Part shown: positions 1-10,626 of the stretch, piece after piece
Layout of the letters: every line of letters starts with the position of its first letter
Numbering within the stretch: the stretch's first letter is position 1
From: Myxococcota bacterium
GTDB taxonomy: Bacteria; Myxococcota_A; UBA796; SXON01
DNA length: 64,000 nt
Reading direction: 5' to 3'
NCBI GenBank assembly: GCA_040386535.1
Contig: JAZKFH010000032.1
Span: forward strand, 32,001 to 96,000
Notes under the pieces: generated by a model
What the model saw: only the letters and a program-made list of their open reading frames with translations
What the model was told of the DNA's origin: nothing
Databases searched by the model: none
Translations under genes and position numbers: made by a program

Positions 1-1624
<1,624 letters not shown>

Positions 1625-1629
1625 CGCCG

Positions 1630-1989
1630 CTACCCCACCGCCGTCACGGTGATCGACGCGACCACAGCGGGATCGAGCTGGTCCCCGTCTTCGTGGACCA
1701 GCGAGGCCTCGAGTGTGTGCTCCCCGGCCGTGTCGAGCGTGAAGGTGAAGTTCGTGGAGCCGGAAACGCCCTGCTCTGTCCCGTCAACCGCGAAGGCAAT
1801 CCAGCCGAGCTGGATCTCCTCGTCCCCGTGCTTCGACGGATCCACCAGGGTGAAGTCCTCGACCACCACCGACGCGCCGTTCTCGCCGAGCGCCAGCTCC
1901 GCTCCATCGGCCGGCGATTGGAACGTAATCGACGGGCTTCCCGTCTCTTCCTCTTCCTCGCCCGTACATGCAAGCAACCAGATCAGCAT
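1630..1989 (-). CDS. Small lipoprotein, DUF4399-like Ig fold
   Basis: Start reassigned to ATG 1989 (GGAG upstream; MLIWLLAC); SITFQSPADG...GEHTLEASLVHEDG. Confidence 0.7.
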   Translation of the reverse strand: MLIWLLACTGEEEEETGSPSITFQSPADGAELALGENGASVVVEDFTLVDPSKHGDEEIQLGWIAFAVDGTEQGVSGSTNFTFTLDTAGEHTLEASLVHEDGDQLDPAVVASITVTAVG

Positions 1990-2068
1990 CCTCGACTCCT
2001 CCGAGACGCATGAGCTTACTCCCTCCTCAAACGCATGTCCGCCCGGTCCCCTGTCCCCTGAGGTCCAC

Positions 2069-2461
2069 ATGCTCGTTCTCCTGCTCGCACTCGGCTGCAC
2101 CGGCGGCGACGACACCGCTACGCCGACGGACCCTTCCATCGTGCTCGTGCAGCCCGCCGAGGGCTCCGTCGTCTGCGGAACTCCGCTTGATGTCGTGACC
2201 GAGGTCGTCGGCATCGAGCTCGTGCAGCCCTATGAAGATCCGGCGGATGCTCTGCCTGGGACGGGACACGTGGATGTCTCGCTCAACGGGCAGGATGCGG
2301 CGATGGGAGGCGAAGAGGCGCTGCAGATCGAAGGGGTCGAGGACGGCGAATACCAGCTCAAGGTCGAGCTCTCCAACGCCGACCACACGCCTGTCGAACC
2401 CTACGCGGGCGACCTCGTCTACATCACCGTGTTAGCCGACGCGTGCGGAGCCGCACGATGA
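2069..2461 (+). CDS. Small lipoprotein, DUF4399-like Ig fold; divergent paralog of 1630-1989
   Basis: ATG 2069 after GAGG; MLVLLLALGC; GHVDVSLNG...GEYQLKVELSNADH. Confidence 0.72.
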   Translation: MLVLLLALGCTGGDDTATPTDPSIVLVQPAEGSVVCGTPLDVVTEVVGIELVQPYEDPADALPGTGHVDVSLNGQDAAMGGEEALQIEGVEDGEYQLKVELSNADHTPVEPYAGDLVYITVLADACGAAR

Positions 2462-3303
2462 TCGCGGTGCTCCTCCTGGCGTGCGCCCAGAGCGGCGATA
2501 CCGGTGACAGCGAGGTCCCCGAGGCCGCGTGCACAGCCTCCGGCACGGGCTACGCCATCCCGTCGTGGACCGACCCTTCCCCGGTCGAGGCCGGCGATGA
2601 GGTCGAGTACTGGCTGACCATCGAGGACGACGCGGGCTGCGCGATCGAGGACGTCCAGCAGGCCCACGAGCGCATGGTGCACACGATGCTCATCTCGCGT
2701 GACCTGTCCTCGTTCCAGCACCTGCACCACGAGGACTACTACGCCCTCACCGCGGAGGACCTCCGCTCCGGCACGTTCCACTTCCCGGTCACGTTCCCGC
2801 TCGCCGGGGACTACCTCGCCCTTTATGATTTCGCGCACGAGAACGAGTACCAGTACCTGACGACGTGGCTCACGGTCGGGGGTGCCCCGGCGCAGATGGA
2901 GGCGCCGGTCCTGGACCCCTCGATCGTCCGTGAGGTCGAGGGGATGCGGGTCGAACTGCGGTGGGACGTCGAACCTTACGCGGGGTACGAGGCGTCCTTC
3001 ACGGTGACCATCACGGAGGATGGCCAAGACGTCACCGACCTCGCCCAGTACCTCGGCGCTGACGGACACGCGGCGTTCGTCAGCCACGACCTTGGATTCG
3101 CGACGCACACCCACGCGTGGTTTCCGGGCATGGGCGACATGGCACCCGGAATGGAGATGCCTCACCTCTACTCCGGTCCCGAGCTCCCATTCCACTACGT
3201 CTTCCCGAGCCCGGGACAGTACAGGATGTGGGTGCAGTTCGCGCGCGCAGCCGACCCCGAGCGTCCGTTCACGGTGCCGTTCGATTTCGAGGTCGCCCCG
3301 TGA
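2458..3303 (+). CDS. His/Met-rich two-domain lipoprotein of heavy-metal loci
   Basis: ATGA overlap; MIAVLLLAC; HERMVH..SRDLSSFQHLH, YLGADGH..THTHA, GMGDMAPGMEM. Confidence 0.72.
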   Translation: MIAVLLLACAQSGDTGDSEVPEAACTASGTGYAIPSWTDPSPVEAGDEVEYWLTIEDDAGCAIEDVQQAHERMVHTMLISRDLSSFQHLHHEDYYALTAEDLRSGTFHFPVTFPLAGDYLALYDFAHENEYQYLTTWLTVGGAPAQMEAPVLDPSIVREVEGMRVELRWDVEPYAGYEASFTVTITEDGQDVTDLAQYLGADGHAAFVSHDLGFATHTHAWFPGMGDMAPGMEMPHLYSGPELPFHYVFPSPGQYRMWVQFARAADPERPFTVPFDFEVAP

Positions 3304-3480
3304 TCCTGCGGGCGATCGCCACCGCGGAGGTACTTGGCTGTCCTTGGCTCGGTATCGTCTTTGTGCTCGCGAACCGGCGGCACCGGTCACGCGTGCATCT
3401 CTCCCATCCTCTCGCTTCTACCAACCCTTGACAGCCACTCGCCGCCCTACCGGCCACCCTTGCCCCCCGGAGAACTCCAG

Positions 3481-4536
3481 ATGTTGTTGATCTTCCTCGC
3501 CTGCACCGGCTCCGAGAAGCCCGAAGACACGGCGCCCACCGAGACCTCGCCTATCGGCGTCGGCGACGGCTCGCCCGAGTCGGTCGGTTGGACCAGCATC
3601 CTCGACGGCAACGACGACCTGACGGACCCGCGGGACCTCGGCTTCGACGAGGACGGCCGTTTGTGGGTGGCCAACCGGGAGGATGACGCGACGTTCACCA
3701 TCAACGCTCCGGGGACCGACGCCCAGGAGAACGAACGCCGCGTCGACCCGTACGCCATGCACTTCATGGAGGAGACGGCCGCCTTCTCGTTCGACGGAAA
3801 CGGGCAGTTCGGATCGTGCGGCGAGAGCCGGAACACCTACAACGGACAAAGCACTCCCAACGACTACTCGGGCCCGGTCCTCTGGACGACCAACCTCGAC
3901 ATCTTCGCGAACGTCGACCCCATCGGCCTGGGCTCGCACCTGGACATGCTCCACGAGTCCCCCAACTGTGTGGGTATCGCCTGGGAGTCCGACAACATCT
4001 ATTGGGTGTTCGACGGCCGGAACAGCAACATCGTCCGCTACGACTTCCAGGGTGACCACGGCCCCGGGATGGACGACCACTCCGACGGCATCGTCCGCCG
4101 CCTCACCGAGGTCGAGGTGTCGTTCGAGCGGGACGCGCCCGGCCACATGGTCATCGACCACGACACCGGGTTGCTCTACGTCGCGGACACCGGCAACGGG
4201 CGCGTGCTCTGGATCGACACCGCGTCCGGGGACGAAGGCGGTCGCCTGGACGCCAGCGATCCGGGCGTCAAGCACCGGGAGTGGGACGGCGCGGACTGGG
4301 GCGTCCTCGTCGAGGGCCTCGACAAGCCCGGTGGGATTGCCTTGGGCGACGGCCGGCTCTTCGTCGGGGAATGGGGCACCGGAGTGATCTTCGAGTTCGA
4401 TCTCGATGGCACGGAAATCCGGAGTCTCGACACCGGATTCGGTGCGGAGGCCCTGCACGGCATCGAGCTCGGTCCCGACGGGCAGCTCTGGGTGGTGGAC
4501 AACGGCGCGGCGGCGGTGTTCCGGATCGACCCGTAA
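3481..4536 (+). CDS. Beta-propeller (NHL-like) lipoprotein with His/Met motifs
   Basis: ATG 3481 after GGAG; MLLIFLAC; LYVADTGNGRV blades; HFM, HLDMLH, DHGPGMDDH. Confidence 0.75.
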   Translation: MLLIFLACTGSEKPEDTAPTETSPIGVGDGSPESVGWTSILDGNDDLTDPRDLGFDEDGRLWVANREDDATFTINAPGTDAQENERRVDPYAMHFMEETAAFSFDGNGQFGSCGESRNTYNGQSTPNDYSGPVLWTTNLDIFANVDPIGLGSHLDMLHESPNCVGIAWESDNIYWVFDGRNSNIVRYDFQGDHGPGMDDHSDGIVRRLTEVEVSFERDAPGHMVIDHDTGLLYVADTGNGRVLWIDTASGDEGGRLDASDPGVKHREWDGADWGVLVEGLDKPGGIALGDGRLFVGEWGTGVIFEFDLDGTEIRSLDTGFGAEALHGIELGPDGQLWVVDNGAAAVFRIDP

Positions 4537-4551
4537 AGCTGGGGGCTCCTG

Positions 4552-5676
4552 CTACTCGACCTCGAGCCAGGCACTCATCTGGTGGTTGTGGCTCTCGACG
4601 TGGCAGTGCACGTTCCACGTCCCGGGATTGTCGAGCTCGTCCACCACGAACCCGTACGCGGTGCCGGGGCCGACGGTCACGCTGTCGGTCGTGAGGCCCG
4701 TGCCCGGGTCCTTCCACGTGTACCCGTGCAGGTGGAAGGTGTGGAACTCACTCCCGAAGGACACCACGTTGACGCGCAGGCTGCCGCCGAGCGGGGCCTG
4801 TGACATGGCGGACTCATGGGTCTCCGTGTTCAGCCACCCCTCCCCGCTGACGCTCTGAACCACCATCGTGTGGTTGTGGCTGCCCATCGTGCTACCGGCC
4901 GTGCCGCCAGAAGCCGTGTCGCTGCCGCCGTGGGTCCCCGAACGCAGGCCAACGACATCCGGGAGATCGTAGGCCTCTTCTTCCTCGTCCGCGGTGACGA
5001 CGATGTCCGCGGCGCTGGCGCACGCCGTACCTGGGGGGCTCGGCGGCGCCTCTCCAGCCGACGACGAGCTTCGGGTAGTCGCAACGCTCGTGCCGCCAGC
5101 CGGAACCGCGGTTGCCGCCGCCGTCTTCGTGCCGGAGCGCGGCGCTTCCTCGATCGGGACGGCCGTGCCGGACGTGGCCTCCGTCCATGGCTCGTAGGCC
5201 GCCATCAGCAGGTAGGTCACCATGTTGTCCGGCGCGGGTTCGCGCGGGTCGAGCACGACGATCGCACCCAGAATGCCGGCCTCTGCCTGGTACTCGTACA
5301 TGTTCGCGTCCATCTGGTGCGAGTGGTACAGGAAGTTTCCCACCCCCTCGGTTGCGTACCATGTGTAGGTGACGCTCTCCCCAGGGGCGGCCACCCGGCT
5401 CACGCCGTTGTTGTCCTCGTCGTACCTCAGGCCATGACCGTGCAGGCCCATGTCCTCGCCAGTCTCGTTGTAGAGCGTGATCTCGATGGTGTCACCCAGG
5501 TTGACCGCCAGCGTCGGGAGACCGAACTGGCCGTCCACGAAATAGCCGTGCAGTGTGCCCGCGCCGGTCCCGTCCATCGCGACGAGGTCAAAGCTGCCGT
5601 AGGTGGCGGTGACCTGGAACCGGCGCACGGGGGCGTCAGGCGCACAAGACATCAGGGCGAGGAGCAGGATGGACAT
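4552..5676 (-). CDS. Two-domain multicopper oxidase (small laccase/SLAC-like), lipoprotein
   Basis: HGH and YHSH in domain 1; HTFHLH and HCHVESHNHQM in domain 2; MSILLLALMSC. Confidence 0.88.
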   Translation of the reverse strand: MSILLLALMSCAPDAPVRRFQVTATYGSFDLVAMDGTGAGTLHGYFVDGQFGLPTLAVNLGDTIEITLYNETGEDMGLHGHGLRYDEDNNGVSRVAAPGESVTYTWYATEGVGNFLYHSHQMDANMYEYQAEAGILGAIVVLDPREPAPDNMVTYLLMAAYEPWTEATSGTAVPIEEAPRSGTKTAAATAVPAGGTSVATTRSSSSAGEAPPSPPGTACASAADIVVTADEEEEAYDLPDVVGLRSGTHGGSDTASGGTAGSTMGSHNHTMVVQSVSGEGWLNTETHESAMSQAPLGGSLRVNVVSFGSEFHTFHLHGYTWKDPGTGLTTDSVTVGPGTAYGFVVDELDNPGTWNVHCHVESHNHQMSAWLEVE

Positions 5677-5707
5677 GCCCCGGAGATTACCATATGATTC
5701 AGGCGTG
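5677..5707. promoter_or_regulatory. Back-to-back -10 elements, probable leaderless divergent promoters
   Basis: Minus strand TAATCT-N7-ATG(5676); plus strand TATGAT-N6-GTG(5705)/ATG(5708); spacer only 31 bp. Confidence 0.5.
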
Positions 5708-7747
5708 ATGCGCCTGACTCTGCCGTTGCTCGCCCTCCTCGCCTGTAACTCCGCCTGTGACTCCGGAAAGGTGCCCGACGATTTCAGGTGGACCGAGGGC
5801 GACTTCGCCTGTACGGTCGACGTGCCGGACGCGCCCGACGTGGACGGCGCGGACTGGGTGGCCTCCTCCCCGCCCACGAGCGGCGACATCATCATCCTGG
5901 GCACGTCTCCAGCAGCGCCAGATCGTGTCTACGCGGGCTCGGGGCAGAATGGGATCTTCCGATCGGAGGACCAGGGTTTTTCCTGGACCGACGTGTCGGG
6001 ACACGTTGCCCATATCTACGGGCAATTCGCCGTTTCTCGCGGCGATGCCGACTGCCTCGCTTACGCGACGGGGCAGGGTTTCGTCAGCGCCAACGGGGGA
6101 GACACCTGGCAGGTCATCAACCTCGTGAGCGACGAACCGCAAGGCATACAGGGCCTCGCGTTCCTGGAGCAACGCCTCTACGTCGCCACGGCAGAAGGGA
6201 ACGTGTACACGGCTGAAGACTGCGAGGGATCGGCCACGTGGTTGGCGAGGATTCCACTCGAGCCTTCGACCGTATCGCCGTCCACCACCTCCAGCCACGG
6301 ACAGATCTCTTCTCTGATGTGGCTCGCCTCCACCGACACCACACTCTACGCCATGTTCCGCAGCGGGCAGCTCTCCGCCTCGAACGATGGAGGAAGGAAC
6401 TGGGTGACGCTCGCCACCGACAGTACGTGGATGAACGTGACGTTGCGGGCCGACGAGGCCTACCTGTGGGTGGTACGGCAGAACGCTGACAACACCTTTG
6501 ACGTACAGCGCCGCACCAGCGGGGTGGGCGGCTCCGAGTCGTTCGAGACCGTCGCGACCCTGCCGGGCACGGCGTCGGGCGGCTTCCTGACCGAAGGGGG
6601 TGAGTACCTCGTCAGTAGCTCCACCGGGATCTGGAGCTCTGATCAAGAAGAAATCGGGGCCGACCTGCAGGATGATGGGCGCGGGCTCTACTCGGTGGGA
6701 CGCGTCGGCACCACGCTTCTCGCCGGCTACCGGGGTGGTGTGTCGGTATCCCCGGACGATGGGGCGAGCTGGGGATGGACGAGCGAGGAGATGGTCGACC
6801 TCGACATCTCGAACGCGATGGTCCATCCGGTCTGTCCCAACGTGGTGTTCGCAGGCACCCAGTGCAAGAGCGGCTTGTTCCGGTCCGAGGACTGGGGGAT
6901 GACTTGGACGCGGGCCTCGCAGGACATGCATTACACCATGGGCGTGGCGCTGTCTGCCAAAGAGCCAGGGGAGATCTGGAGCGTCACCGACGACGAGCTC
7001 CTGCGCTCGTTGGACTACGGTGACACCTGGACGTACATGTACCCCAAGGGATACGGCGTGGCGGGGGCCCACTACCACGGGCTGGGCGTGTCACCCCATC
7101 GGCCATCCACCGTATTGGTGGGTTCGGTCGGGTCGGGCGAATACTCGGATGACACCGCGCGGGTGTACCGCACGGACAACCGTGGCGCGACGTGGACCAC
7201 CTCGTCCACGGGGCTACCCGCGAGCACCGAGTCCTTCCACGTGATCCACTTCTCCGAGCTCGTCCCCGGCGCTGTTCTTCTCGGCACCTACCGCGCCGGC
7301 GGTGGGGTCAGCCACGCCGGAGAGGGCTCGGGCATCGGGGTGTTCCGTTCGCTGGACTTCGGCAAGACCTGGGCCCATCTCAGCTCGACGACCGCGATCT
7401 CCTTCTCTCACCTCGCCGAGTGCGACGAACGCATCTATGCGGCGACGGAGCAGGGCGTCCTCGTGACCGACGATCTCGGGGACACCTGGGCCACGCTCCT
7501 TCCCGCGGCACTGGACAGCGAGGTGCTGAACGTCGCATGCGCGGGCGACCGCGTGATCGCGGTGGACCCCGCGGCTGGGATCTTTCGCTCGGGGGATGCA
7601 GGAGCGACCTGGGAGGACTGGACCGGAAGCATCGAGTTTTCTCTGCAGGAATGGGAGAGCCAGCTCGGCCTGGAGCTCTCGCCCGACGGAGAGATCGCCT
7701 ATTTCACGCACCCGGGGGAGGGCGTGTTGCTCCGGGGTTGGGAGTGA
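5708..7747 (+). CDS. BNR/Asp-box repeat (VPS10-like) beta-propeller lipoprotein
   Basis: Many S.D.G.TW Asp boxes; LLAC lipobox; in-frame GTG 5705 is an alternative start. Confidence 0.88.
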   Translation: MRLTLPLLALLACNSACDSGKVPDDFRWTEGDFACTVDVPDAPDVDGADWVASSPPTSGDIIILGTSPAAPDRVYAGSGQNGIFRSEDQGFSWTDVSGHVAHIYGQFAVSRGDADCLAYATGQGFVSANGGDTWQVINLVSDEPQGIQGLAFLEQRLYVATAEGNVYTAEDCEGSATWLARIPLEPSTVSPSTTSSHGQISSLMWLASTDTTLYAMFRSGQLSASNDGGRNWVTLATDSTWMNVTLRADEAYLWVVRQNADNTFDVQRRTSGVGGSESFETVATLPGTASGGFLTEGGEYLVSSSTGIWSSDQEEIGADLQDDGRGLYSVGRVGTTLLAGYRGGVSVSPDDGASWGWTSEEMVDLDISNAMVHPVCPNVVFAGTQCKSGLFRSEDWGMTWTRASQDMHYTMGVALSAKEPGEIWSVTDDELLRSLDYGDTWTYMYPKGYGVAGAHYHGLGVSPHRPSTVLVGSVGSGEYSDDTARVYRTDNRGATWTTSSTGLPASTESFHVIHFSELVPGAVLLGTYRAGGGVSHAGEGSGIGVFRSLDFGKTWAHLSSTTAISFSHLAECDERIYAATEQGVLVTDDLGDTWATLLPAALDSEVLNVACAGDRVIAVDPAAGIFRSGDAGATWEDWTGSIEFSLQEWESQLGLELSPDGEIAYFTHPGEGVLLRGWE

Positions 7748-7848
7748 TACGGGCCGCGGGGCAAGACGCGGCGGTGGGGAGCAAGGAGCCCATCGACATC
7801 GTGGGCGTCGCGGACGGCAAGTACCTCCTGTTGGAGGTCGCGCCGTGA
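7744..7848 (+). pseudogene. 34-codon remnant/mini-ORF resembling an internal segment of the 2069-2461 lipoprotein
   Basis: GQDAAVGSKEPIDIVGVADGKYLL versus GQDAAMGGEEALQIEGVEDGEYQL; GTGA overlaps at both ends. Confidence 0.6.
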
Positions 7849-8930
7849 TCCTGCTCGCGATTGCCACGGCTACGGCGCATGTCCCGTTTGAACGCGGGAC
7901 GTTCACCATCACCGAGATCCACGCCGGCCCCGCCGCGGAGGGAGGGCAGTGGTTCGAGGTGCGGAACGACAGCGCCAGCGGGCAGAACCTCGTCGAGCAG
8001 GTCTTCACCGACGGGGACGGCAGCTCCAAGCAGCTCACGCTCACGTTGATCGTCCGCACAGGGGAGTATGCCGTCCTCGCGCACCCCGACAGCACCGTCG
8101 ACGCGGACGCCCTCCTGGTCACGGACTTCGACATCGAGGCCCTCGTGGACACGTTGACCCACTCCGACATCAATGGCGTGGTCGACGAGGTGACCTGGGA
8201 TGGCTCGTGGGGGTTGGATGTCACCCAAGCCCACGCAGGGAACCCCGTGGGCTTGGGGAACGAGTGGGCGAACGACGTTTCCGGCAACTGGTGCGCCGCC
8301 CTCCCGACCCCGGGCTTGCCGAATGCGTGGTGTCCTGGGAGCGACACGGACGACGACGGGGACGGACTCTCCGAGCAGGAGGGCGATTGCGATGACACGG
8401 ATCCCGGCGTGATGCCCGGCGCGCTCGATGACGCGGATGTGTCGTCCGACGACGCAGACTGCGACGGCGTGCGCGACGACGGGGCGACGGACGACGACGC
8501 GGACGGTTGGTCCGAGGTCGACGGGGACTGCGACGACGACGAGGACGGCACGTTCCCCGGCGCCGCGGAGCGCACGGACGGGGTGGACCAGGACTGCGAC
8601 GGCGTCGTGGATGAGCTCGACGCCGACCAGGACGGCGCCGACATCCTGTCCGACTGCGATGACGCCGATCCTTTCCGGTTCCCTGGCGCCTCCGAAGTCC
8701 CCTGTGACGAGGTCGACCAAGACTGCGACGGGGCGGACCTTTGTGAGCCAGACACCGGGACCGACACTGCCGTTGACTCGGCGGAGTCGGACCCGGACGA
8801 CACGGACACCGACCCACCACCTGGTTCAGGCCCCTGTGGGTGCTCGGCCTCTCCGCCCAGATCTCTCCTGCTGGGGCTTCTTGTCGGCGGCCTCACGAGC
8901 CGTCGTCGTCGGGCTTCAGGCCACGTTTGA
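7845..8930 (+). CDS. Lamin-tail-like domain plus MopE-type putative metal-binding repeats with MYXO-CTERM-like tail
   Basis: GTG 7845; ITEIH..GQWFEVRN; DCDD....PGA.E..DGVDQDCDG repeats; CGCS-hydrophobic-RRRR tail. Confidence 0.8.
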   Translation: MILLAIATATAHVPFERGTFTITEIHAGPAAEGGQWFEVRNDSASGQNLVEQVFTDGDGSSKQLTLTLIVRTGEYAVLAHPDSTVDADALLVTDFDIEALVDTLTHSDINGVVDEVTWDGSWGLDVTQAHAGNPVGLGNEWANDVSGNWCAALPTPGLPNAWCPGSDTDDDGDGLSEQEGDCDDTDPGVMPGALDDADVSSDDADCDGVRDDGATDDDADGWSEVDGDCDDDEDGTFPGAAERTDGVDQDCDGVVDELDADQDGADILSDCDDADPFRFPGASEVPCDEVDQDCDGADLCEPDTGTDTAVDSAESDPDDTDTDPPPGSGPCGCSASPPRSLLLGLLVGGLTSRRRRASGHV

Positions 8931-8937
8931 CCACCCT

Positions 8938-9588
8938 TCACCCTCCACCCGCCATGCTTGCACCATCCTCCACAGCGTCCGCCGCGACGGTCCCGACGCC
9001 CGGGATCAGCCGGCCCGTGCGGCTCGCCCACGCGAGCCACTCCGCGCCGTGCTGCTGGAACAGGTGGGTGTCCTCAAGCCGCGCCTGGAGCGCGATCAGG
9101 CTCGCGATCCACCCGGCGCCCATGAGCGTCCACGCGGACGGCGTGAGCGCCGCCACGCCCACCAGCATGGCGAGGAGGCCCGTGTAGATCGGGTGGCGTA
9201 CCCAGCCGTACAGGCCCCGCGCGACGAGCGCCGTCGGGGCGGAGTCGATGCCGATCCGCCAGGACGCTCCCATCTGCGCCTGCGCGGCGAGGACCACGCC
9301 GAGCCCGACGAGCGCCGCGAGCAGGCCGCCGCTGCGGACGACCATGGGGGCATCCCAGACGCCCAACGGCGCGGGCCCGAGGACGGCGTACACCGTCGCC
9401 CACGCGGCGATGCCCGCCACGCCGGCGCCGAAGCTGCGGCCCACGAACCGTCCCAGCGGGTCACGGGCCTTGTGCACGACGAGCGCGAACACGCCGTGAC
9501 GCCGCCAGGTGCGAACCATCGGCCAGACCAGGGCGAGGAAGACGAACGCGGCGACGAGAACAGGCAGGAGCAGGCGGTCCCAGGGCAT
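8938..9588 (-). CDS. Isoprenylcysteine carboxyl methyltransferase (ICMT/PEMT) family membrane protein
   Basis: AQAQMGASWRIGID..LVARGLYGWVRHPIYTG; start may be 9612. Confidence 0.88.
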   Translation of the reverse strand: MPWDRLLLPVLVAAFVFLALVWPMVRTWRRHGVFALVVHKARDPLGRFVGRSFGAGVAGIAAWATVYAVLGPAPLGVWDAPMVVRSGGLLAALVGLGVVLAAQAQMGASWRIGIDSAPTALVARGLYGWVRHPIYTGLLAMLVGVAALTPSAWTLMGAGWIASLIALQARLEDTHLFQQHGAEWLAWASRTGRLIPGVGTVAADAVEDGASMAGGG

Positions 9589-9772
9589 TCGGTGACTCGA
9601 TTGATGAAACACTCATATGAGGTGTTCATCATTCGAGCAAGGGGGATCGTCTCGCGCATCTGATGCGGCGGCACGGCATCGGCGAGAGGGAGCTCGCGCG
9701 ACGCTACGTCCACGTCCGCTCGTGACCTGGGGGCGCTGAGTCCAAGCGACCAGCGGGGCCTGCGGCTGCTGC

Positions 9773-10582
9773 TCAGTGCCCGTGCGCCCCATGGTCATGC
9801 CCGCCCGCGGGCGCCGCCTCCCCCGCCGCCGCGTTGAACCCCAGCGAGAAGCTCGTCTCGCCCACCTTCACATCCACCATCACGGGCCGCGTCCCCGCCC
9901 CTTCGTTCTTGCCGGAGAGCATGCCCGCCGCCGGGTCGAACGTGAGCGGGACCACGGTGTCCCCGTCCTTCAGCGAGCCGGTCACGCCCGTCACCTGCGC
10001 GCGCTTGGCGTCGGTGACCCACACCCGGTGCTCACCGTCCTTGGGCGCGTACTCGAGGTGGTAGTCCCCCCACATCCCGACCTGACCGCCGTGGAGGGAG
10101 GTGTGGTCGTGCTCCTGGAGGCCCACGGCCTTGGTCTCGAAGGACACGCTCTCAGCCTTCCCACCAAACGTGAGCGTCAGGACCGCGGTGGCCGCGTCTC
10201 CCTGGGCGAGCTTCGCGGTGGCGTGGAGGTGATCCCCCATCGGCGCGACCGTCACCGTCTCGACGCCGCTGGGGCTCTTCACGACGGCCGTGCCCGCGAA
10301 ACCCTCTACGGCGAGCGGCTTCTGGGCGGAATCGGAGAGGTAGAACATGATGCCGCCGGGCATGAAGAGCGCCTCGACGTGGTGCTGGCCCACGGTCTTG
10401 ACCTCGCCTCCATGCGGGCTCGCGTGGGCGTGGGCGCCGCCGTCGTGTCCGGGAGCCGCGGGCGCAGGGACCGCCGCGGGCGCGGTGGGTTCGGCGGGTT
10501 GGGGCGGCGCGGCGGGCGCGGGTGTGGTGGGCTCGGAGGAGCAGGCGGCGGCGAGGACGAGGAGCGGGAGCAGGGTGCGCAT
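9773..10582 (-). CDS. His-rich lipoprotein with two tandem H.H.S.HGG domains (RND accessory)
   Basis: LAAAC lipobox; HAHASPHGG..HHVE and HDHTSLHGG..YHLE; tail HDHGAHGH; last gene of the RND operon. Confidence 0.78.
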   Translation of the reverse strand: MRTLLPLLVLAAACSSEPTTPAPAAPPQPAEPTAPAAVPAPAAPGHDGGAHAHASPHGGEVKTVGQHHVEALFMPGGIMFYLSDSAQKPLAVEGFAGTAVVKSPSGVETVTVAPMGDHLHATAKLAQGDAATAVLTLTFGGKAESVSFETKAVGLQEHDHTSLHGGQVGMWGDYHLEYAPKDGEHRVWVTDAKRAQVTGVTGSLKDGDTVVPLTFDPAAGMLSGKNEGAGTRPVMVDVKVGETSFSLGFNAAAGEAAPAGGHDHGAHGH

Positions 10583-10626
10583 GGAGACTTTCCGGGGTGG
10601 GAGTTGGGAGGTGAGAGCCGAAGGAG

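Noticed and set aside
1995..2037. ACGCATG direct repeat at 25-bp spacing in a divergent spacer
   Set aside because: Only two short copies and not noticed in other spacers; could be chance
3428..3460. TTGACA -35 element before gene 3481
   Set aside because: No credible -10 hexamer at 16-18 bp spacing
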